Below are positions 10,317-21,718 of a stretch of 64,000 nt of DNA, piece by piece (positions within the stretch are counted from its first letter, which is position 1; each line of letters opens with the position of its first letter). The notes under the pieces are model-generated. The model made no database searches and was not told where the DNA came from. It saw only the letters and a program-made list of their open reading frames with translations. Source of the DNA: Paragordius varius. Lineage: Eukaryota > Animalia > Nematomorpha. A program made the translations under genes and the position numbers. Location: the NCBI GenBank assembly GCA_964247055.1, contig OZ176052.1, forward strand, positions 11,966,001-12,030,000. Reading direction: 5' to 3'.

Positions 10317-11112
10317 TAATGTAATATTTCTACCTCTGTTTAACTTCAAATTTGTATTTTTTTTAAAATACATATCAATTATCTTATATTAAAGGCAAAG
10401 GAATTTTTCCATCATTAACACTTTAATTCAAATTGGGCTATATAAATACCCCAAATATTCATTTTGACGTTTTAAAAAAATTACTGAAAAAAAACGGTCT
10501 TAATTTAAATTTATGCTTATATCCTAAAAATTAGATAAATAACCTGAAATTCAATAAAGGTTAGTTTTGAAAAAAAGTTCCATATCAAACTATTTAGGTT
10601 TTTATTTGGCAAAATATCCTGTCTATTTAATTTTAAATCTAAAATTTATTCTTATTTTTTATTTATATCTCAAACATTAATAAAAACAGAAAAAGTGGTT
10701 TATTTTTGTTAATCTGATATGTTTACCATCATAAATTTACACTGCGTCCAAAATCGGTAGGTATAAAAAAACTGACAAAATATTCTGGTAGGAAAATTTA
10801 TGAGGATTATGGTGCTTTGGGTTAAAAGTGATTTAAAAAAGATTTTTTATTATAATTTAATATCATTGAATTATTCATGCAGACTTGCAATTTAAGATGA
10901 ATTTTTGCGTACAAAAAAATATATAATTTTAAAAGCAAGCAATTTATTTGACAATTATCAATATAAATTATAATCGGTATTTTAGTGTTTAGAAAAAAAC
11001 TAGCCAATTGATTGTCCAAAAATTTAAGACTTTCGGAGGCCACATCAATTATTGTTAGCTCTTTCTCTAAAGCTTTATTTGATGTTTTTAGGATGGATCA
11101 TTTGGTTTATAA

Positions 11113-13151
11113 TAAAGTGACCAGATAGTTCGCAGTACAGTACTGGGTTTTCGAAAAAAACCGCGCCTGTACTGCGCTGACTTTTGTACTGCTTTTTGAA
11201 AGAATTTTTTTATAAATATGTTTTAATTACCATTTATTTATACAAGTTTTGTTTGTAAAATTCGATAGAGTACCCTTAGTTAAAATAAATAAATGGTTTT
11301 TTTGCTGTAAAAAACTATGGCCATTAATTTTAAAATTTTATTTTATGCTCTAATTATACATGAAGTTGAGTTTTCGACCGGTCATATCGCTTATGAATAC
11401 CGCCATTCGCGCAATCGCGGAACTAAAAATATCAGACTCCAAATTTAGGACAACCTTTCACTCAGGGTTTCCGCAAAAGCGACCTCAAAAATATACAAAA
11501 AATAAATTAATATTTTAGTAATTCTTTTGAAAATTCATTTTGTTTCATATAAGTTTCAGCTAAATTAAATTTATTTGAGTTTACTTTAATTATAATTATC
11601 AAACGGAAAATTTTTATATTTCCGCAACATATTATTTTTATTCTAGGAATAAAACAAATTTTTTAATGTTTTGGGTGGGAGGTAGGTATGTTCCTTAATT
11701 TTTTGCTTCCCTAAACTTAAATTTTAGCCAGTTTTCTTTTTATTCTTTTGTACATAAACAAATTTATAGACCTATTTTAATTTTGGCACACACATACACA
11801 CACACATAATAATTTTTTATTAATTCTTTTTTTAATTTTCTTTTCCGTGCCTTTTCCTATAAACAAAATATGGACTACGGAAAAAACACAACTCACAATA
11901 GATACCTTGAAAGCAATTGTAATAGTCAAAAATACAGAAGAAAATTGTGAAGCTTTTTTAGATAAAATTTCGCAAAACCATAAATTATTGGGACAAATAC
12001 ATAAATCTGAAAAATTTATATAATTTATTATTTTTAAATATTTTAATAATTATGTCACGTCATATATCATTGATTGGGTAGACTCCTATTTAAATTATTT
12101 CTAAATTTTACACTGTAGCAAAGTCAGCATTTGAATAATTTTCTATCCATTCACCTATCTTTTTTTCATCAACGCATAGTTTTACCTGCTGTCAAAAAGT
12201 AATTTTTTCTTAAATAGAACAGAACTTTCATAAGATCGTGTGTGAATGATTTTATATGCATGGCAACATCTTATAAAAACCAGATATATTGTTTCCCTCT
12301 ATTTTTATTATCATATATTGGTAATTATATTGTTTTTGACAGCATATTTTAAAACAATCATGCCATTATAATCTATATATTTATAAAAATGGAAAGTAGG
12401 GGCTTGGTGATCTGTTTCCGGGAAACCGGTAGATCCATTCAAATCCAAATGTCGAAAAAATATAATCATTAATGAATGCCCGACAATAGCTTCGCCCTTT
12501 TTTTGAATTAGGCCCCCAGTTCGGGCCTACCCCGTGTAAAAAACGGTTTTTTTCGAAAACAGAAGTCCAAAATCGGTCTTTGAGAAAATTTTCTGGAAAA
12601 CGTGTTGGACCATTCGATTTCAAATATAATATTTGTTTACTTATTTTCGATTGAGTCAACATAGTAGGCTCGCTTTTTTAATTTAGGCCCTCTTTTTACC
12701 CGCTCCTCCCGTAAAATGCCATTTTTCCAAAAATTCAAAAGTAATTGTTTGAATCTATTTTTCGCCCAAGTAAACAATATATTAGTATGAATGCACCGTT
12801 TTGAAATTCCTATGATATCATAGCTAATAAATAATGTTTCGAAATAATCCACATATGTGGATCATTTTATTGTCCCTTTTTTCAAATAGCCCCCCCAGTC
12901 CGAAGGACTTCCTCGGGCTGCGTAGCAGCACGAGATTTACGCTAGTATTATTATATATCCATATATATAACATATGATATAATTATATGTGCATACATTT
13001 ATAAATTTATTGTTGGATATTTTAATTGTAATGAGCTTATAAATAGTAAACAATATCATTTAATATAAAACACCGAAAATCCGGTTAAAAAATAGGCAAA
13101 GTATGTTTTAATTTTGTACTGCGCCAGGGTTTTAAATATCTGGTCACATTA
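11113..13151. mobile_element. Non-autonomous hAT element with a nested Helitron
   Basis: TIR TAA(A/T)GTGACCAGATA / TATCTGGTCACATTA; perfect 8-bp TSD GTTTATAA at 11105-11112 and 13152-13159. Same family at 46157 and 63283. Confidence 0.85.
12372..12945 (+). mobile_element. Non-autonomous Helitron
   Basis: Begins A|TCTATATATTTATAAAA and ends with a GC-rich hairpin region (AGTCC-GAA-GGACT; GCGTA...TACGC) then CTAG|T; no TSD. First ~350 bp homologous to the 52672 end of the second Helitron. Confidence 0.7.
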
Positions 13152-14050
13152 GTTTATAATATATTTATATTTAGCAAAATAGACACAAATTTCACCATTT
13201 TACAATTACACTGTGCAACAAAATATGGGGTCAATTTTCTGGACTCGATTTCTAAATATTTTCTGATTCCTTATAGTATTGCGATCAGATTTGCGCAAAA
13301 TATTTTTTTACTTACCCAGCTCGTTTTCGAGATATGGGACTTTTTCCATATTTGGACATATCCAAAATTTTCTTGTTTGTAAATATTTTTCGCTATGTAA
13401 ACAAATAATATGTGGCTTACATAAGTATTTTTACAAGAAATTACCAATTTATCTTCAAAATAAAAAAAAATTTACTCAAAATATCCAATACTTTTTGTTT
13501 TAGGGGGCAAAAACCCTCAAAAATTGGGTAATTTAACATTTTTTCACACAAATATTTTTTATCAATTTATTAAATAAAAACAAACTTTATTATATGTTCT
13601 TGGATGTTAATAATGTTTGTTTAGGTATAAATATCACTTTGTGATAGCTTTGTGGACTTTAATTTTTAAAAATAAATTTAATTTTTACAGCTTTTTTGCT
13701 GTTTTTTTTATGTAAAAAATGATTTATTTTACTCAGCTGTAAATACTAATTTCATTTTTTCATCTGAAATTTTTAAATATTTACCATATACAGTGACGGT
13801 AAGGAGCAAGCCTTACACCCTTTTCTGGATACCTGGATGATGTGTTCAAGAATACTAAATTTTATGCCTTAAAATATAATCCTAAGCAAGTAGGATGATA
13901 GTCGGGTTGTTATGTTTAATAATTTACCTTATATTAGTTAGCTTATGAAAATATAATATTATCCTTCTCTCTTACCTTAGTGCATAATACACCTTTGTCC
14001 TTGTTACGCTAAAAATGTATATTATCTTGGTTGTGAATGCTTTTATCTAA

Positions 14051-15151
14051 GGGCCATGTGAACTTTTAATAATCCGAGTGAATGAGCCTTCCTCATCTTG
14101 TTGAGATGGAAGAATTTTTAATCCTGGTTCAGGGTTAAGGTTATTACAAAAGCCGATATCTCGAGAACTAGGGAAAATTTTTGGAATCTGAAAACTCTAT
14201 TAGCCTAAATAAAGTAAATTCAATATATGTATATGGTAGGTTATGGAAATTTTGGACATGTATCAAAAAATATTTTTCGGGCAGATGCTTACTAAAGGTT
14301 ATAATGATTTAGTGCTTTATTTTTATATATTTAGGCAAGAAATGGTAGTTAGTTGAAGTTTATACAAGTTTAACAGAATATTTAGAAAATCATTGTATAA
14401 CTACTGATATGTTTTTTCAAGAATTTAGAATATGTCATCATATAATTTTTTCCTCACTTGAAACCATTCTAAATGGTAAAATCATCAGGAATACTATCGA
14501 GTATTTTTAAATTTGGTTTATTTTAGACATGAAACTCTGCTACTTTTTAATTATAATCGGAGTATTCGGTAATACATATTTCTATAAAAGCGATAGGTAA
14601 CATTGATGAAAATGAGTTAGCAAACTTTATATCAGAAGATCAGACAACACTTATATTGAATAGCCATCAGACAGGAGTAGATCAGAGAAACGATTTAATT
14701 TGACATAATTTTATTAATAATTTATTTTTACACATTAAATGAATATATTTTATAAATATTTAAATATTGATCATTTCTTCGGCTAAAGCCTCCCAGACCT
14801 TAAGCTCTTCGTTATTGGTAAATTTACGGATCCATAAAGAGGCACAGATATCTAGAAATTATTTAAACAAATTTTAAAAAGACCCGCATATAAATCGCGT
14901 GTAACTGTTTTCATCATATTGATAAAAATACAAAACAAGCCTTCGCCATTGCTAAAATTATTTACGGTATTCGTAAAGATGGATGCTATAAATTATTTGA
15001 ACAAAATGACCTAAATCGCGTGTAGACCTGTTATTCATCATACTGATAAAAAATTTCAAAACTCCCACCTCAAAAACTCAATCACCTCCCTCAATATGCT
15101 TCCTCATAATCCAGGTGAATGAGGTTGAAAATTGGCTCATTTACATGGCCC
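14051..15151. mobile_element. PIF/Harbinger-like element nested in the long-TIR element
   Basis: TIR GGGCCATGT(G/A)AA with TAA TSD on both sides. Remnants resemble a transposase C-end (+; ...HQTGVDQRNDLI) and a MADF-like fragment (-; SLWIRKFTNNEELKVWEALAEEM) in convergent orientation. Confidence 0.7.
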
Positions 15152-15378
15152 TAAATATTAATGCAACATTGCTTTAAAACTATATATAATGCAATATATT
15201 TTATACACGATATATATAATTTTTTATGCTATAATAAATTCTTTTTTTCGCTTATTACACGGGTAAAAATATTGTATCTCACAGCAAAAATCTATGTAAA
15301 CTATTTAGAGGGGGGGCGTTTTTGGGCCGTTCGACTAGGAAGCACTCATAGAGACGGTGAATATGCAAAAAATGCTTT

Positions 15379-15640
15379 TCGTATCGTATCGTCTTTGTGT
15401 AATGGCTAGCCATTGTATCCGTATGGAAGCTGTCTGTAATATTTGCGATCCTGCCAGGCGTTATCATCAATGTTGGCAACATTTATATCATTATTTATTG
15501 TTTTTTTCCAGTTAGATGTTGGTCTACCCCTGTTATTGTTACCTTCGAGATGTAGTGTAACTTATTGGGGTGGAATAAATTTTGCATCCGCTTTTTTATG
15601 TTCATTAGTTTTTTCTCAATTAAATCTGTCATCGGCCAAA
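15379..15640 (-). mobile_element. 3' fragment of an RTE-type retrotransposon
   Basis: Minus translation EGNNNRGRPTSNWKKTINNDINVANIDDNAWQDRKYYRQL* resembles the RTE C-terminal RGRP...W...WQDR motif, followed by a short (TACGA)n tail. Confidence 0.6.
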
Positions 15641-16557
15641 GGTAAGAGAGAAGGATATTATATTTTTATAAGCTAACTAATATAAGGTCAATTTAAACAT
15701 AACAACCCGTCAGTCATCCTAAATTTTAAAATAAACAAATACTTGGTTAGGATTATATTTTAAGGCATAATAGTATTGTTGAACACATCATATATGGTAA
15801 ATATTTAAAAATTTCAGATGAAAAAATGAAATTAGTATTTACAGCTGAGTAAATTAAATCATTTTTTACATAAAAAAACAGCAAAAAAGCTGTAAAAATT
15901 AAATTTAATTTTAAAATTTAAAGTCCACAAAGCTATTACAAAGTGATATTTATACTTAAACAAACATTATTAACATCCAAGAACATATAATAAAGTTTGT
16001 TTTGATTTAATAAATTGATAAAAAAATATTTGTGTGAAAAAATGTTAAGTCACCCAATTTTTGGGGGTTTTTGCCCCTAAAACAAAATGTATTGGATATT
16101 TTGAGTAATTTTTTTTTTATTTTGAAGATAAATTGGTAATTTCTTGTAAAAATACTTATGTAAGCCACATATTATTTGTTTACATAGCGAAAAATATTTA
16201 CAAACAAGAAAATTTTGGATATGTTTAAATATGGAAAAAGTCCCATATCTCGAAAACGAGCTGGGTAAGTAAAAATTTTTTTTACGCGAATCTGATCACA
16301 ATACTATAAGAAATCAGAAAATATTTAGAAAATCGAGTCCAGAAAAAGTTGTGTCACAGTGTTATCTAACAGAATATTAACATTCCGATTTTTTCAGATT
16401 TTTGGAAAAAATACATAGTGTGATCATCAAAGAACTGTCTGCTAAAACGAACTTTGATATAACTATTGGTTTAGTCATATATAAAACCTATATTCTAACC
16501 ATAATACGATTTTTTATTTTCACAACATATGTTCTTATAATATATTCATGTTATAGT

Positions 16558-19500
16558 ATGGTTGACTCGTTTTTAAAATATTCAGTTGTTGATTATTTGG
16601 TTCCACTTTTACTGTGCTTTGTTTTTACGTATCTCATTATACCAGTAACCTTTAAATTTTATGGACCATTTTCAAGAAAATTAATATTTTTAAATTTAAG
16701 TAAAATAAACCTAAATTTTAGTAAAATGGCCTCTATTTGTTGATTTTACGCATCCTGAAAGATTAGGCTTGATTGGTGCAAGCAACTTTTATTTGCATCC
16801 AAGCACCACTGTCAAACTTGGAGTTTGGTAAGTTTTACTATTATTCGTAGGCATATTTTGCCAGAAGATTTAATTTCACGAATAAATACGGCAGAAGATT
16901 CTACACAATACTTAAACTCTGGACACCCCATTATCCTGTATTTACATGGTAATGCAGGGACTCGGTTATAATATATTTAATTATATGTATAGGGCTGGTT
17001 GGCATCGTATAATGCTCTACAAAATATTTTCAAAGTTGAATTATCACGTTATTTGCTTTGATTTTCGAGGTTAGCGAAACCTTTTTTATATGATAGGTTT
17101 TGGAGATTCGATAGGAATACCTTCTGAAACCGGAGTCGTAAAAGATTCTCAATTTGTTTATGATTGGATAAAATCTTTATCGGGGAATAATTCTGTAATA
17201 TTGTGGGGGCATTCACTCGGAAGTGGGTAATTTTTTTTTATAGTTTTTGTCTTACTCCAAAACTCTATGCAACTAATCAGTTACAAAGTAATATCAGTGT
17301 TAAGAAATCGAATCTTAAAAATTCAAAATAATTTACCATAAAATTTTCAGGCACTCGGTTTTATATCGTGGGACATAAACCGACAGAATCTGATTTTTGG
17401 ACTGGTTAATTTATAAAATCATTGATGTTTCGGATAAATTTGAATAAGAACCTATTACATACATTTTCAACTGTAAAACGGACAAAACAGATTATGTACA
17501 ATGATATTGGAGCCAGAGTTCTTCCAGTAAATTTTATTTACACAGTGAATTTTGCTGTTTTTGGAATGAAAAAAAGTTGCTATCTTCTGGCTGAATCTCT
17601 AATGATACGAGTAAACTTTGCTTTATCAAACCGCCAACAAATAACTGTGATAAATACTTAATTTATTTTATTAAATGTTCTGACGTGGTATATAACATTA
17701 CTCATTAGAAGATGTTAACATAAGAAATAGGAGCTTTTTGCAATCCAAGATTAAAACATAAAGTGAAAGAGAGGCTTCCATTTTTTAATATTGGTTTTTT
17801 GTTTAACATAGAATTTATAAACCAAATTAAAAAAATTAGTTGTAAAAGTCGTCTTTCCTTAACTGTATTTATTTTATTATACAGTGATATAAAGTTCTTT
17901 ATGTTTTTAATCATGTATGGACAGTTAAGGATTGGGATTTTTTAATTCATAGTATTGTAAAAATGAAAATGGAATCTCAAGTCTACGAATATTATTCTGA
18001 ATTTCAAAGAGATTGTAAATTTTGCTAATATTGTTGATAAACTACATGTTTTTTATTTAGACTAATTCATTAGTTAATAATTAATTATTTATAGAATCTA
18101 GGAAATAATCATTATAAGTGAGCTTAATTAAATATGCTTGTTTTTTACGAAAAACTAGTGGAAGCAAATAGTATTGTATTAAAGTAAAACTGCTTGGATA
18201 TTTCAACAATATTATTACTAAATGGTCCCAATCAAAATTGATGTTGATAAAGTAGCGACCAAATTAATTTTATCCTTTTGTATTTCTCATAAATGTTTTC
18301 GATTAAAAAATCGTTAAAATTGTGTTCAGCTCTTTCAAAACATTTTTTATGATCATAATTTTAATTAACACAATTTCCTATAAATACCTATAAATATTTT
18401 AAAGATTATAAACATTTTTTTACGTAAATTATTTGTTTAGCGTCACAACTCGCTTAGCCCGACACTTGATAGAAGATGGGCACGTTTTGCCTGGTGTCGT
18501 TTTAGAGGCGCCTTTTACTAATATTGCTGACGCGGCTATTTCACATCCCATAAGTCGAGTAATATGCTTTATTTTTTTAAAAAAATTACCTTATAGTAAA
18601 AATTAAATTGTAAAGAAAAAACGAAGAAACACATACTTTTTGAACCTTGATTTTTAGTAAAACCTATCGTTTTAGGTTGCAAAATAAGGGATACAGATGT
18701 AAATTGGTAAATTCTATGAAATATTTAACAGTATTTTAAAGGTTATATCAAAATCAAGATTTAAAAAATTATGGATATCTTATCCAAAAAATAAGTAGTC
18801 TTTTTTACACTTTGTCTGTTTGCAAAAAAACTTACCTCCTATTTTTTCACCCATAATATATTTTAGCTTTACCGCAAATTTCCCTGGTTTGATCAATACT
18901 TTCTTGAACCCTTAAAACGGAATGAACTTTTATTCCAAAGTGATATCAAGTAATAATATGTCGATATCCTTTAACTTTTTTGTTTTATATTAAATTATGA
19001 TATGTAATTAGATTGTTATTATTTATTTAAAACAGGGGTTTTCAACACAGCTCACAGATTAATTGCAGATTGCAAAAAAATTTCAAAATACAATTTATTT
19101 TCTATTATTATTTCCTTTAACATTGATTATGATCATTTAAACCTGCTTTTGTTTATTATTTTTCACTGCAAATTTGTTTCAATATTCATAAAAAAATAAT
19201 AAACCCTATTAAAAATACCACAAATGACAATTTTTTGCAATTTTAATGTGTTATAAAATAAATTAAATATGAAAGTTAAAACTAACAGATCCCAATTGAG
19301 ATGGGAAAGGATAATTTTTTAATCTTTATGTTAATTAATTGATATATAAAACATTATATATTCCAAGCATATATTTTTGTTTAATTAAGAATTTTAATAA
19401 ATATAAACTAGTAAAAAGGTATAAATTGACGGTTTATCGATACTTTAAATCTTATTTTTTTTGATGTACGGCCCATAAAGCCATTCTTGTTTGACGCCTT

Positions 19501-20877
19501 TGTTTAAATGTAATTTTGGCACTTGATTAACTTAAAAAAAATGATAGATATATTCAATTGATTTAAAATATATGAAATTGTTTTTTAAAAGAATTATATA
19601 TGCTAAAATATTTTATAGCACACAAGAAATGCACCTCAATCATTTATACAAAAATGATGATTTGTCAACTTAATGCACTTAAATTTTTATTACTTATAAA
19701 ATTACTTATATAATTTTTTGTTAAGAAGTATAATTATACTGAAAAATCGATTTAATCGATAAAATCGAACGGTTAATCCATGTATATTAAATAACACAAA
19801 TAATGAGTTTATCATGTGTTATAGCAGGCTTTCTAAGTTTTATGGATTTTTTTGTTAATTTTATATTAAAAATTCTTTAAGGTACATAAAATAGTGAACA
19901 GAAAAAACTTTATATAATAATACATTCCAGTGTATATCCTATTATATAATTAAATATTAGAAAATATTAATTTATGGTGATTTACTTCATAATGTATTAG
20001 TTGTGTAAGGGTGTATTACAATTAAGTTAATTTATGACAATGAGTTGTTAAACTTTTTATCTAATTTTTCGGTTTTATATTGTTAAATATTTTTAAATTA
20101 ATATCAAAGTAAATTTTTAAATAAATATATTTTTTTATATTTCCTATATACTATTGCAATGATTTTATTTGAAGCATCAAATACCTAAATTGTCCATTAC
20201 TAATTTTACATGCCAAAGATGACCATGTTGTGCCTTATAGTCTAGGCTACAAAGTATATACATTTTTGTACCATTAAAACCTAAAATTTACATAATAAAA
20301 AAAGATTAAAAAATTACGCTTAGTTTACCATATTTCACACGATGCAAATTTTAATCTTTTAAATTTTAAAATGTTAAAAAGTAGAAAATTATTGATTTTT
20401 CAAGTGCCTTGTTTTTATGAAATTTATATTAAAATAGGACTTTATTTTTAAAAATCCCTTAGATCAAAATTATATATGACAATTTTAAATAAATGGTAAA
20501 CAAGGCTAAAAACAATCAGTTAATCCAATTTCATCATAAAGCACATTTTTTTCTAATTTGATTTTTGGGATTAATTGAAATGTCAAAAACGAATTTAAAA
20601 GTTTTAATCTTTTTTTTCTATCTTCATTACATTTACTTATTTTTTATGATGATGATATTTTAGTTGTATGAGATTGCCAAGGAAAGTGCCCCTCTGCATC
20701 ATAAAAGTTTGATTCAATTTGAGAGTTTTGAAGCTCATTATCGATTGGGACATAAACACATTCATTCACATCCAAATTTACCCAATATTGTCAAGTTGCT
20801 TTATTATTTTAACTTCCTTTTTTAGGTTATTTGTCAAACAGTGTTGTGGTCACAAGAAGTCTACTAATGAAATCTAA
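16558..20877 (+). CDS. ABHD12: Alpha/beta hydrolase, lysophosphatidylserine/monoacylglycerol lipase ABHD12-like, 343 aa, 10 exons (16558-16699, 16722-16827, 16851-16964, 16993-17069, 17097-17226, 18441-18558, 18867-18949, 20175-20253, 20664-20794, 20826-20877)
   Basis: Exons sum to 1032 nt. N-terminal TM; [35 protein letters not shown] (Ser), [19 protein letters not shown] (Asp), LGHKHI (His). Confidence 0.93.
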
Positions 20878-21718
20878 TAGTTTTATTTTTTTTATAGTTG
20901 TATTGAAAACACATGTAGAAAATACTCAAATATTTATTTAATATATACTATTTATTGTATATTAAAAAACAATTAAATAAATTATGTTTTTATCATTACA
21001 TTTTTCAACGGAATATATACCGGAAAATGGCTACGATGTGCGAAAAATTCCTTTTTTTCTTAGGTTAGCACGATTGTTAACAATTAACATTTTTAAACAG
21101 GTTTTGAATTACTTAAAACGTTAAATAGTTTTAAAAATACGTAAAAAATAATTTAAAACAGTGGGTTTTTTATTGAATAGAGCATAGAAATCTATATGTA
21201 TTTGCATAATGGTAAAAATAAAATTTATCTATTTATTTGATATCGTTTTAGCCCGGCTGTCTTTATTATTTGATTAGATGTTACCGTTCAAAAAGTATAA
21301 GCAGTATAGGATAACCAAAAACCATTTATGACGGAAATCAAACAAATATTAATAAATTGAATATCTCCTATGGAAGTTATCACAAAACATTCATTTATTA
21401 CGTTATATAAGAATTATAAAATGAGAAAAATGGCTGTCACAAACAAAAACCACAATATTTTGTCATAAGGATCAAATATATGTTTAATAATAAAATTAAA
21501 TTTAGAAAAATGATATAGATATTAATCGAATGAATTTATATGTATCGATTACATGTATTATTGGTGAAAACATTGGTAATGTTACGATACATTGGCTAAT
21601 ACATGAGAATCAGACTAGTTATGATGGAAAAAATTGAGCTTGCTATGTGCACAATTAAAAACGGCAAAACTAGTGTGAGAAAAATAAGCATCCCGAAAAT
21701 TGAAAAATATTGCTTTTT

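Larger units (their letters stand above)
13209..16361. mobile_element. Chapaev3-like element with ~720-770 bp terminal inverted arms
   Basis: TTA|CACTGTG...CACAGTG|TTA (3-bp TWA TSD, CAC/GTG termini). 13209-13978 and 15639-16361 are reverse complements along nearly their whole length. Confidence 0.8.

Noticed and set aside
16402-16557. N-terminal extension of ABHD12 from the TTG start in the ORF track
   Set aside because: Non-ATG start and AT-rich low-complexity sequence; ATG 16558 gives the expected TM-first layout.
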